Source: Albugo candida (lineage: Eukaryota). Taken from it: a stretch of DNA of 64,000 nucleotides. Below the pieces are notes generated by a model, which saw only the letters and a program-made list of their open reading frames with translations, was not told where the DNA came from and searched no databases. Positions within the stretch are counted from its first letter, which is position 1; the number at the start of each line of letters is the position of its first letter. A program made the position numbers and the translations under genes. Positions 26,369-36,646 of this stretch are shown in pieces. The DNA is taken from assembly GCA_040437565.1 (NCBI GenBank), contig JBDOQK010000043.1:186001-250000 (forward strand). The letters run 5' to 3'.

Positions 26369-28063
26369 TTAATTACAAGAGTTCACAGTGTGTTCTGACG
26401 AGTGAAATTGCTTCATGACACGTGTTGGGCTATTTCCTCCATGTTGGAGCGTTTTTTGAAGCATCAGTGGCCACGATTTCTGTGATTCTGCCGCATTTTT
26501 CTGCATTTCGGTAAACATTACAGCTACAGAATTCGCAATCGATGCAAATAGTACATTCATTGCGGAAAGAACGCTTCTCCGACGATTGCATTCATTGTGA
26601 AGCTTCTTCTTTCGGAGTGCTTGCAGACAACTACGTGTTATATTGATCATTGTGCAAGCCAATGGATAGTGTAAGATGTCGTGCTGAGAGAGCTGATAGA
26701 GTTTACGGGTCAGTGTGGGATGCTGGGTCACGACATACAGCATCTGTAGCAGCGCAAGCACGCCACAGCTGCGTAAATCAGTAGATGGGTCTGATCCTTG
26801 GAAGCCAATTTGCTCCCAATTCGTTCCATTTGACACTTGTTGCGAATTTTCAGAGTCTGTGATTCCTCGATAGATTGTAAGCAGCATGCGAGAGGACAAG
26901 CATTGCTTCTTCATCATAGGAGTTGCTGCGAGGCAGAACACACGCTCATACTCTTCCTCGCCTCCTTGGAAACACAATTTTGGACTTTTAGACCAGCCGA
27001 CGCACATGAGGCAGGAAAAAGCCTCCGTCTCGACCGTTGTAGCGTCCCGAATAATATCGTCGTGGAGCAGATCATCGCGTGCTTCCGTGTACGAGACGAA
27101 GCGAGAAGGATCATCTGAATCAACCAAAGGCGATGGAGTACCCAAGCCGACGGGTTGCAGCTCGATTTCTGTCCATTTGTGTGATGCGAATGGTATGTCG
27201 ATAGTATCCTTTTGATCTGCATCCTCCATTTCGTTCTCCTCGATTCCTTCCAAATTGGTGCTTTCGCGGTCTTGGAAGGTGTTTACTGACTCGACGATGC
27301 AATCATGACTCAGTTCCTTCTCAATGTCGACAGCAAATAAAGTTGACATCTCCTTTTCAATCTCATTATGGTGTGAATTTGAGCTTTCCGGTACAATCGC
27401 GGAATCGCGTTCTATCAGCGTCGCGAGTCGCAGTTCTTCTGCAATGTGCTGCTCATACCTCTCTTCTATTGCAACAAAAGTGTTTTTCTCAGTATTCAGC
27501 GCTTTCGTATCGTTTTCACACTGATTCTCCGTGCTTTTTGCATTGGAAGGATAGTCAAATTCTTCATCATTTATGTCGTCTTTCAAAGACCGCAGCTCTT
27601 TATTTTCATTCCCATCAGCGATAAGATTCAATTCAGTACTCAATGATATCATTTTCTCCTTTTGTCTCCGAACATCCGAATAGGACAATCCAAAAGCGCT
27701 GTTCTCATGTAACGATATTTGTTGTGGTTTTTGACGCAAAGAAGGCGAATCTTCATTCCGTACGACTTCCTCTCTTCCGATTAGTACTCTCTTACTGACG
27801 TCCTTTTCATTTTCTATCGATATCTCATCGTTTGGGCGATACGATGACACAGGCTCCTGATCACTTGTACTATCGTGATCGCTCGTATCGTCGTCCGAGT
27901 CGGAATCGGAATCGGAATCGGAGCCTTCACTCGACATTATTGACTCGGGAACAGCTACGGAGATCAGTGGAGCAGGCGGTGGAAGACATTGTATGATGAC
28001 TTTATCATATTGAGCGAGCGAATCGACGTGTTGCATGATCAAAAAAGCCTCAGGATCGTTCAC
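26369..28063 (-). CDS. ELMO/CED-12 domain protein (ELMOD3-like); start uncertain (first ATG 28036)
   Basis: WEQIGFQGSDPSTDLRSCGVLALLQML...YPLACTMINIT; long acidic low-complexity N-terminus. Confidence 0.88.
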   Translation of the reverse strand: MNDPEAFLIMQHVDSLAQYDKVIIQCLPPPAPLISVAVPESIMSSEGSDSDSDSDSDDDTSDHDSTSDQEPVSSYRPNDEISIENEKDVSKRVLIGREEVVRNEDSPSLRQKPQQISLHENSAFGLSYSDVRRQKEKMISLSTELNLIADGNENKELRSLKDDINDEEFDYPSNAKSTENQCENDTKALNTEKNTFVAIEERYEQHIAEELRLATLIERDSAIVPESSNSHHNEIEKEMSTLFAVDIEKELSHDCIVESVNTFQDRESTNLEGIEENEMEDADQKDTIDIPFASHKWTEIELQPVGLGTPSPLVDSDDPSRFVSYTEARDDLLHDDIIRDATTVETEAFSCLMCVGWSKSPKLCFQGGEEEYERVFCLAATPMMKKQCLSSRMLLTIYRGITDSENSQQVSNGTNWEQIGFQGSDPSTDLRSCGVLALLQMLYVVTQHPTLTRKLYQLSQHDILHYPLACTMINITRSCLQALRKKKLHNECNRRRSVLSAMNVLFASIANSVAVMFTEMQKNAAESQKSWPLMLQKTLQHGGNSPTRVMKQFHSSEHTVNSCN

Positions 28064-28337
28064 GCGAATGAGTTGCAGATCTCTTTAATTAAGGGATGGG
28101 AATTAGTTATGAGTCTATTTATAAAAAGGATAGGATCCTAACGATTATACAGATGCAATGGATATAAAATGCATCTTCTTTCTGACGATGTAGAGCTAAG
28201 ATTGACAAGTCTTGGAGACGAATGACTACTCACTGTCTGTCTGCTTGAAGAGCATTCCGCTACCTGCTGAATACAATACCCTCTGTCATATAGTATACTT
28301 TCATATCCCATACTTTTCACGCGTAGAAAAAGTTCAA

Positions 28338-28913
28338 ATGTCGACCGCAGCTCGAAGAAGATTAATGCGCGATTTCCGGAAGCTTCAGAATGATCCACCT
28401 TGCGGAATAAGTGGTGCACCAATGGATAACAACATCATGATGTGGCAGGCTGTCATATTTGGGTACGAAAGCTCTCAATATCTTCAACTATATCATTTCT
28501 AATAGTGATTCTAGGCCGGATGACACGCCTTGGGAAGGCGGTACATTCAATCTCACACTGGAATTCAGCGAAGATTACCCGAATAAAGCCCCGACCGTCA
28601 AATTCATCACGAAAATGTTCCATCCAAATAGTACGCTGTTCTTGTCTCCTTCAATATGCGACTATTTTTATCAATTAATACCTTCCTTGTAGTCTACAAC
28701 GATGGACAAATCTGTCTCGACATTTTACAAAATCAATGGTCTCCCATTTACGACATTTCAGCAATTCTAACATCCATTCAGTCTCTTTTATGTGATCCAA
28801 ATCCGAACTCACCCGCCAATTCGGAAGCTGCTCGATTATTTCAAGAAAATCGAAGGGAATATAATCGTCGAGTTAGAGAGATTGTGGAGCAGAGCTGGGT
28901 CGCACTGTCCTGA
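28338..28913 (+). CDS. RAD6: Ubiquitin-conjugating enzyme E2 Rad6/UBC2 (introns ~28463-28514, ~28632-28692)
   Basis: [21 protein letters not shown]...[11 protein letters not shown]...[23 protein letters not shown]. Confidence 0.97.
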
Positions 28914-28960
28914 ATTCACTTGTATTTGGATTATCCGCAACGGTAACTTTCAATATGTTT

Positions 28961-30424
28961 CTATTCTAAATATCTTGACTGCGTTTGGACCGGATTGAAT
29001 TCGAGTTTGGATGCATTGCGATATTTCTCACTCGGTGTCTCGCAATTCAGATCTCGGAGGGCTCCATAGGCTTCACTTTGACACGAAAATTGGGCGAGTG
29101 CATCGCGTAACAATACCTCAATTCCTTGGTCGAGAAAATCTTTCTGGAACTCTGGAGAACGGGAAACGATGTTACGAATTGCAAGACTTGCTTGACGAAG
29201 AATTGAGCCATTCTTAGGATGTTTTTGCATCGCTTTTGCAATGGCAAACGCTCCTTGATACTTTATAATCTCAGATGCGCATTCAGGCTCTCGAAGTGCA
29301 ATAGCGGCAAGAAACGCACATGAATGCTTTTGCACAAACGCACACATTACATGGAGTTGCATTGCCTGGAGAACTCGTGTTATCCCTCCCGTCTTGAGAA
29401 TTTGACGCTTTATTGTATCCACCGCTGCCAAATTTCCCAGTAAAGCTACACACTGCTTCACCATCAACGTATTGGACGCCAGAGTGTCCAGCATGTCGTA
29501 TACTATATCTAAGATATCCTCTTGATATATCTGCAAGCAATTCGCCTCTGAGATGGCAATTTGCTTCAGCACCGCGAGCCAAAGAATCACCACATTACGA
29601 TCTTTTGTACAATGAACGCGATCTCGAATCACTTTGAAGCTGAAAGGAATGATATCCAATTGCACTAACTGTTTAACGATTGCATCCGACTGACTAAACT
29701 CCACATCGTCGTCTTGAGCCATTACTCCTCGTAACAATTTTGCGACTTGTTTTGAGAATTCCGTATTTTCATGCGCATGAGAAATGTGATCGAACAGCAT
29801 TGTGTGACCATTTGATTGCATAAATAACTTCTTATTGGACTCGTTTTTCGAACAAAGTTGCGTCAAAAGTGATAGTAAGCGAATGAGACTTTCCACTCTG
29901 TTGCAACAAGTAAGAAAATGCAGCAACAATGCAATGATTTCCTCGCCGATTGCGCTCTGGATATTACGATATTGCGAGTCACAAATCAGTAAAAGCAGTT
30001 CCATTACTTGCTCGACGAGTTTGCGTTCGGTGTCACTATCATCAGCAAATAAGAGCTCGACCAGTAGCGTAGTGATATTACTATTTGGAAAGAGCGATTT
30101 TAGTGCCGGAGATCCTTTTATTGAGTCAATTAGACTCTGTACATAAACTGAGAGCGTAGTTCTATTTGAAATGGATACTTTTTTATCATTTTCAGACTCG
30201 TTTAATACGAATTGGAGCGAGTTCATTGTGCAGAGCGTTTGTTCGATCCGCGTTTGATTAGTGCCGAGAAGATTGTCGGTGACGATCGTTGAGAGATCCA
30301 CTCCCTGTGAAAGAAACTGCTGAATAGAGTCTTTGATTGCCTCTTCCAATTCCATGTCGAATTCGGTCATATTTTCGCGTACACATTCGTCAAAAGTACT
30401 CTGTTGGATACGATGCTTCGTCAT
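28961..30424 (-). CDS. ARMC6: Armadillo repeat-containing protein 6
   Basis: RIQQSTFDECVRENMTEFDM..EEAI....QQF.SQGVDLS.IV; AAIALREPE; AIRNIVSR; AYGALRDLNC. Confidence 0.88.
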   Translation of the reverse strand: MTKHRIQQSTFDECVRENMTEFDMELEEAIKDSIQQFLSQGVDLSTIVTDNLLGTNQTRIEQTLCTMNSLQFVLNESENDKKVSISNRTTLSVYVQSLIDSIKGSPALKSLFPNSNITTLLVELLFADDSDTERKLVEQVMELLLLICDSQYRNIQSAIGEEIIALLLHFLTCCNRVESLIRLLSLLTQLCSKNESNKKLFMQSNGHTMLFDHISHAHENTEFSKQVAKLLRGVMAQDDDVEFSQSDAIVKQLVQLDIIPFSFKVIRDRVHCTKDRNVVILWLAVLKQIAISEANCLQIYQEDILDIVYDMLDTLASNTLMVKQCVALLGNLAAVDTIKRQILKTGGITRVLQAMQLHVMCAFVQKHSCAFLAAIALREPECASEIIKYQGAFAIAKAMQKHPKNGSILRQASLAIRNIVSRSPEFQKDFLDQGIEVLLRDALAQFSCQSEAYGALRDLNCETPSEKYRNASKLEFNPVQTQSRYLE

Positions 30425-30501
30425 GAGCTCTTTTGGTATCGTTGACACTAATGTAGTGTGGACACCTAAAATGGACAGCGTTCAGATTGCGATCATAAAG
30501 A

Positions 30502-31650
30502 ATGGCGCAAAATGGAGCTATTTGGGATGCAAAAACGCAGACATTTCACGGTGGACAAGACTGGAAGTATATTCCAAACTTTGTAGAAGATTTCAGCGTC
30601 ACAACGAATGCGTTAGGGACTCCAATGGAAGCATTAAAAGCAGCAAAATCGGCTGTTGATACCATTCATCATTATCCACCCGCAGATTGTGAGCCAGCTC
30701 ATACTCATCTCGCAGAGTTTTTGTGGAAACAAGCGTACGAAAAGCATTCAGAATCGCTAATTCTTGGAAATGGAGCGTCAGAATTAATCGATTTGGTGAT
30801 TCGAAGTGTACGTAAGGGAGGATGGCGGCCTGCCGATACAAAAACGCAGTACAAAGAATATGAGCGATCTTGTCTTGCAGATGGACGAGAAACACTTGCC
30901 TGGAACGATACGAATGCGGTACTCACCTGTATTGTGAATCCAACCAATCCCACCGGCGATTATCGAACTTTGGAAGAAATGAAGGAATACATTCAGAGCA
31001 CATGCGCGAAACATCACACCATTATCGTCGGTATGAACACACAAATTCCTCTGTCTATGCATTTGGTTGACTTTCTGTGAGTAGATGAAAGCATGCAGCC
31101 TTGGATTGGACCCGATTGGAGAGACGATAGTCTCATTGGCGATCGAGAATGGGTGAGAGAAATGAGCGAGAAGCATCAGATTGATATTTGGGTCATGACC
31201 AGCTGGACAAAAATATGGGCTTGCACTGGGATCCGGCTAGGTAGCGTGGTTGCTCCCACATCGGCTCATTCTGCATTGATCAAACAAAAGCAAGTTCCAT
31301 GGTCTGTAAACTCCATGGCTCTCGCCTTTCTTTCCGCTGTCGTGAAGGATGAAGTGTACATGAAGCGTACTTGGGATGTCACAGCAGAATATAGAGCATA
31401 CGCTGTTGAACGCATCCAAAATCGCTTCCCGACTTGGAAGTGTCTTGGGAAAGCATTTTTATCGTGGGTTTGGATTGACACAATGTCACAAACAATGGCT
31501 GAAGAAGCAGTTCGACTTGCAAAGGAATTCGGCGTTCCCATTCGTTCGGGAGCGCCAGGATACAATTTACCGACACACATTCGTATCGCAGTTCGCAGTC
31601 CTGAAAAAACAAACATTCTCTTACAAGCTTGGGAATCTCTCCATTGTTGA
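30502..31650 (+). CDS. PLP-dependent fold-type I enzyme, HisC/CobD-like (intron ~31031-31084)
   Basis: HGG...DFSVTTNALG, YP, GNGASELI, NPTNPTG, VDESM, SWTK(PLP Lys)IWACTGIRLG, IRIAVR. Confidence 0.88.
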
Positions 31651-31746
31651 TAGTACAGCATCTCATAACAAGCTGCTGTTCTTTTCTCCGATACATACAT
31701 CCAATTGTTGAGTCTTGCAATCATGTAAAGCTTCTAATATGAGAAT

Positions 31747-32514
31747 TCAGATGTTATCCTGAGCGAGTCGAGTCTCTAATCGACGAAATTTGCTCTCCCA
31801 ACCTTTGACCACATCGGTATACTTTTCTATCAAATCATTTTTCTCCAGCAATTCAGCTTCCAGCGCCCGAATTTCGTTTTCCAATTCGTTTCTCTCAGTT
31901 GTAATGGAACTCGTACGTTGCGCTTTATTCATTAGTACTATTTCGAGCTGTTTTGCGTGCACAAAAAAGGTATCCAGTCGTTTTTCAATTTCGGCAATGT
32001 CCGCAGCATCTTGTTGCACCGGGTTCAAGCGATACTGCGGAGGATACTGAATGGATGGGCATACAAGCTCTACACAATTTGCGAGTGCCTGATTCATCTT
32101 TCTGACACACATTTCCCCATCCGGTNNNNNNNNNNNNNNNNNNNNNNNNNNNNNNNNNNNNNNNNNNNNNNNNNNNNNNNNNNNNNNNNNNNNNNNNNNN
32201 NNNNNNNNNNNNNNNNNNNNNNNNNTCTCAGTTGTAATGGAACTCGTACGTTGCGCTTTATTCATTAGTACTATTTCGAGCTGTTTTGCGTGCACAAAAA
32301 AGGTATCCAGTCGTTTTTCAATTTCGGCAATGTCCGCAGCATCTTGTTGCACCGGGTTCAAGCGATACTGCGGAGGATACTGAATGGATGGGCATACAAG
32401 CTCTACACAATTTGCGAGTGCCTGATTCATCTTTCTGACACACATTTCCCCATCCGGTTGCGCTTCATTTGCGCTCGGATTCGACTGTGTACTTCCATTA
32501 ACTGGCGGCTCCAT
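31747..32514 (-). CDS. MED28: Mediator subunit Med28-like (internal gap duplication)
   Basis: IEKRLDTFFVHAKQLE..L...LENEI..LEAELLEKNDLIEKY...VKGW helical pattern of Med28. Confidence 0.7.
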   Translation of the reverse strand: MEPPVNGSTQSNPSANEAQPDGEMCVRKMNQALANCVELVCPSIQYPPQYRLNPVQQDAADIAEIEKRLDTFFVHAKQLEIVLMNKAQRTSSITTEXXXXXXXXXXXXXXXXXXXXXXXXXXXXXXXXXXPDGEMCVRKMNQALANCVELVCPSIQYPPQYRLNPVQQDAADIAEIEKRLDTFFVHAKQLEIVLMNKAQRTSSITTERNELENEIRALEAELLEKNDLIEKYTDVVKGWESKFRRLETRLAQDNI

Positions 32515-32584
32515 CGAAACTTGAATGCAGGACACGTACCTAACAGAAGTCCGCAAGTAGAATCGTACATACTGCTAAATCGTC

Positions 32585-33394
32585 ATGTCGAAATGGAGCA
32601 GAAATCGCCAGCCTCCTGTTGGTTACGAGTATATACAACCCGTCATGGACGCACTGGCTGATGAATTGCGTGAGAAAATGAACGAACCGCACGAAGGTAA
32701 ACGTCAATGTGAATCGTTGTGGCCCATTCATCAGATAAGCTGGCAGCGAAGTCGTTATGTCTACGATATGTATTACATGTATAAAAGAATCTCACGTGAG
32801 ATTTACGATTACTGCGTCAAAATGAAACTCGTTGATGCGAATCTGATAGCGAAATGGAAAAAACCCGGTTACGAGCGTCTTTGCAGCACGTACGCAATCA
32901 ATTCGAAGAATTATAATTACGGAACAGTGAGTATCTGTCGTGTTCCTCGCCACCAATTATCTGAAGATCAGGTAATCCAGGAAAAGCACAGTGGGTGCCG
33001 AGGTTGTGCCTCAGGACCTGGTGGATATTCTAATATATTTGGAAATAAGTATGGTCAGTATCTTGCGAGGATTCAGATTGCGAGAGAAGAGCAAGCGATG
33101 AATAAGAGTGAAAAGAAAGAAATTTGGGCATCTCCGGAAGAAGACGTTCTCGACGAAAAAATTGGAAAGAGGGAAGGGACGAAACGAGATCTGCAGGATG
33201 GAGAGGATATAAAGACACTCAAACGTGCTCGTGTCAATGAAGATCTAATCACCGAAACGCAGAAGGAAGAACAAGAGGAAGACGAGTCCGACGAAGATGA
33301 GATAGAAAAGCAAGATGAACGATCGGACGAGGAAATCACATCCAAAGCCGATGGAGATGACGCACAACAGGAACAAAGCGACTGTGAGAATTAA
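32585..33394 (+). CDS. BUD31: BUD31/G10 splicing factor, divergent zinc region plus acidic C-terminal extension
   Basis: EPHEGKR..ESLWPI.QI..QRSRYVYD.YY....ISRE.YDY, DANLIAKWKKPGYERLC, ICRVP, GCRGC. Confidence 0.9.
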   Translation: MSKWSRNRQPPVGYEYIQPVMDALADELREKMNEPHEGKRQCESLWPIHQISWQRSRYVYDMYYMYKRISREIYDYCVKMKLVDANLIAKWKKPGYERLCSTYAINSKNYNYGTVSICRVPRHQLSEDQVIQEKHSGCRGCASGPGGYSNIFGNKYGQYLARIQIAREEQAMNKSEKKEIWASPEEDVLDEKIGKREGTKRDLQDGEDIKTLKRARVNEDLITETQKEEQEEDESDEDEIEKQDERSDEEITSKADGDDAQQEQSDCEN

Positions 33395-33440
33395 GAATCA
33401 ACATAGAGCGAAAGTACCATTTAAGAATCTGAATCTGAGA

Positions 33441-34747
33441 CTACCATGCAAATGGAATGAGTTTCCACTTTGGTAGACTTGACTCTTTTCTAAAATGTGT
33501 ATGATACCACGCAGAGGAGAGTCGTGCCGAAACAGACTGATTGGCGCACACCCAAAGGAGCACAAGCGACAGCGTATGATTTTGAAATGTTAGCATGCCT
33601 GAGAACGCCAAATAAATCAGAATTTCTGCAGTGTACAATGGACTCTGCACGTATTCAAACCAGTCACCACACGGTACTCCATACTGATTTTCTTCGCGCT
33701 TGATTCGTGCCAGAATCGAGTTGCATCGCCATTGATGATAGCTCGCGTACATGAATAGAATAAGTCCAGCGATCTTCAGGTACTCTCCATAAACGCTCAT
33801 TTTCCCGCCTTTATCCGAAAGGATAGCCAGCGGGACAACCGTGTAGTGCACGAGGCCTACCATTACACCTTTTTGCCAGGATCAGAATACCTGCATCAAA
33901 GTTTGCGGATCGCTACCAAACCTGCGAGCTTCATTTTCGAAGCACCGAATTTTGTGACCAGAATGCATTCCAATAAGCGCCGTAATAAATGAACCTCGAA
34001 CAGGATCATAACGAGAATGATGTTCCTGTCCAAATCCCAGCGATCCACGTGCTGTCGCATTTGTACGATCCAAAATCCATTCCAAATCGCACCGTATAGG
34101 TAGAATACGGTCCAAAGCTTTTTAGGGACCTTCTCGTGTGAGTATTAGAATCATTAAAGATGTTGCAGTAGAAATATCGGGCACCTCGAGCTCAAGCAAA
34201 TCGATCCATTTTGTAGGCTTAACGTGATGCGATTGCGCAAGTCTTCCATGCGTTGCAATCGAACGAATGAGACCTTTGGAAAAATGTCCTCNNNNNNNNN
34301 NNNNNNNNNNNNNNNNNNNNNNNNNNNNNNNNNNNNNNNNNNNNNNNNNNNNNNNNNNNNNNNNNNNNNNNNNNNNNNNNNNNNNNNNNNNCGAGAATGA
34401 TGTTCCTGTCCAAATCCCAGCGATCCGCGTGCTGTCGCGTTTGTAAGATCCAAAATCCATTCCAAATCGCACCGTATAGGTAGAATACGGTCCAAAGCTT
34501 CTTAGGAACCTTATCGTGTGAGTATTAGAACCATTAAAGATGTTGCAGTAGAAATATCGGGCACCTCGAGCTCTAGCAAATCGATCCATTTTGTAGGCTT
34601 AACGCGATGCGATTGCGCAAGTCTTCCATGCGTTGCAATCGAACGAATGAGACCTTTGGAAAAATGTCCTCCAAGCAAAGCAATGACTGTCATTAGAAGT
34701 AGAATGCATCGTATTCCGGTGTTAAGTGATCGCATGAAAGCCTCCAT
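33441..34747 (-). CDS. SRD5A3: Polyprenol reductase (SRD5A3/Dfg10 family; introns, gap duplication)
   Basis: HGRL, spliced VPKKLWTVFY, HLLRRLLEC, HQWRCNSILA, YGVPCGDWFEYVQSPLYTAEILIY, KLIPFAW. Confidence 0.88.
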
Positions 34748-35176
34748 TTGATATTACCGAGAGAGGTGACTTAATCGAGTAGCAATAGTACTATCTTTAT
34801 TGCACCGATGAATCAAAATCTCCGTGAAGTTGTTGCGCAATTTATCGCGCCGCCAAAGACCTTGACACACACGCNNNNNNNNNNNNNNNNNNNNNNNNNN
34901 NNNNNNNNNNNNNNNNNNNNNNNNNNNNNNNNNNNNNNNNNNNNNNNNNNNNNNNNNNNNNNNNNNNNNNNNNNGATGCGATTGCGCAAGTCTTCCATGC
35001 GTTGCAATCGAACGAATGAGACCTTTGGAAAAATGTCCTCCAAGCAAAGCAATGACTGTCATTAGAAGTAGAATGCATCGTATTCCGGTGTTAAGTGATC
35101 GCATGAAAGCCTCCATTTGATATTACCGAGAGAGGTGACTTAATCGAGTAGCAATAGTACTATCTTTATTGCACCG

Positions 35177-35753
35177 ATGAATCAAAATCTCCGTGAAGTT
35201 GTTGCGCAATTTATCGCGCCGCCAAAGACCTTGACACACACGCAAGTTGTTCAACGGTTGTATAAACAATCCTTGAAAACTCTTGAAAGCTGGATCATCG
35301 ACCGTCGTTTGTGGAACGAAGAAGCGGTCAAAATACGCGCGCAGTTTGAAGCAACTCGACATTTAGCTCCCGATTCCGAGTATGTACTCACTTCTTTGTA
35401 TCGTTACAAAAGCTCACAGTGTGATTCTCCCACCGTAAAAAAGTCAAGTCCATTCGCAAATAAGAGAAGCAAATGAAAAGCTGAAGAAATACACGCATCC
35501 GGATCGCTATGTATTTAATTATATGCCCGGGGGAACGAAATTCATGCGTAATGCTCCTCTTCCGTTAGAGGTAAACTTAGCTGAATTGCACATCTGATAG
35601 TCTGACAATACATTTTCTGTACAGGTTTGCTTCCCAGAAGGCGTGCCTGACGATGTGGAAGTTTCGCCCGTGGAAGCGATCAATATCGATGGAACTCCAC
35701 TTCCAGCAAAGGAAACAGTTTTTGTTGATTTTAGTAAAAAATCGAGTTTTTAG
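35177..35753 (+). CDS. NDUFB9: Complex I accessory subunit NDUFB9/B22 (LYR family; 2 introns)
   Basis: VQRLYKQSLK...SWIIDR......A..IRAQFE; HPDRYVFNYMPGGTKFMRN; last exon ends ...DFSKKSSF*. Partial duplicate at 34808-34874. Confidence 0.9.
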
Positions 35754-35820
35754 CAAGCAGAAATTTCACTCTTCAGAATTGTTGAGATAATAGGAACGCA
35801 TAGACGTTCATTTCTGATTC

Positions 35821-36530
35821 CTATGCATCCAATTGATCGCATACTCGAGACTTGGAAATCGAAGTATTGAGCCCACAATCCCGATAGCGAAAGCCGTGAA
35901 ATGAAGTCGTGAAACCGCTGGGGCGTCCTTTACGGTCCATTTCTACTTTGAAATGCGCTTTATCTGCTCCGATCATCCGATGACTGGCACCATTATAGTA
36001 TTATTTGGAGAACGAATGCAATATAGAGATGGAAGGCTTTTACCTGGTTGCGAACATTGGGTGCTCCTTTCGTCCTTCCGATAATACTTTGGTGTCAATT
36101 CGAACTGGCATCAGATTCTCAGAAGATAATATGAGGTCATGAGGCTGTGGAGCAGGCACATAATCAATTTCCACGACGCCTTTCTCTCTCACTTCTGATC
36201 TCAGACATCCAATTAGTGAGACAAGTGAGATTCTAAGGCATACGAACCTTGCTCGAGGCTACTTTTATTCATACGATGACTAAGTGTGGAACGCTTTTCA
36301 GCTTCATTGGCGCTTCCATAAGTCTCACTTGTTGTCTGATACATGAAGTCTTTCAAATGTTTGCCTGGCTTAACGATTCCGCTGTCTTTGTAGTCCTTCT
36401 TGGCGTAAAGCCCTGGAACCTCGAATCGGACCTTCTCGGAGAGATTTATGCCAACTATACTGGAGCTTGTTGCCATAAAAGGGTTCGAAGCCCGTTCCAC
36501 ATGAGAAATCGATGAGCCTCGTGATACCAT
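35821..36530 (-). CDS. PIERCE1/2-like (DUF4490-type) axonemal microtubule inner protein (exons 36530-36248, 36194-36044, 35983-35821)
   Basis: Spliced product ends EHPMFATSHRMIG...GRPSGFTTSFHGFRYRDCGLNTSISKSRVCDQLDA*, matching the PIERCE pattern F(T/S)..F....YRD.GLNT...SRV. Confidence 0.7.
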
Positions 36531-36646
36531 TGCTCAACTTTCAAAACACCAAGTGGAGCTCAAAACACGCAAAAGTATATATATCCGTTCTAATTGTGAC
36601 CATCTAAAAATGTCTCTCACTTTGGAATTGGAGCTCATGTGCTTTG

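Noticed and set aside
2-36530. WDR31, ELMOD and PIERCE-like genes as a ciliary gene cluster
   Set aside because: They are separated by many unrelated genes; co-occurrence in a dense genome is expected by chance.
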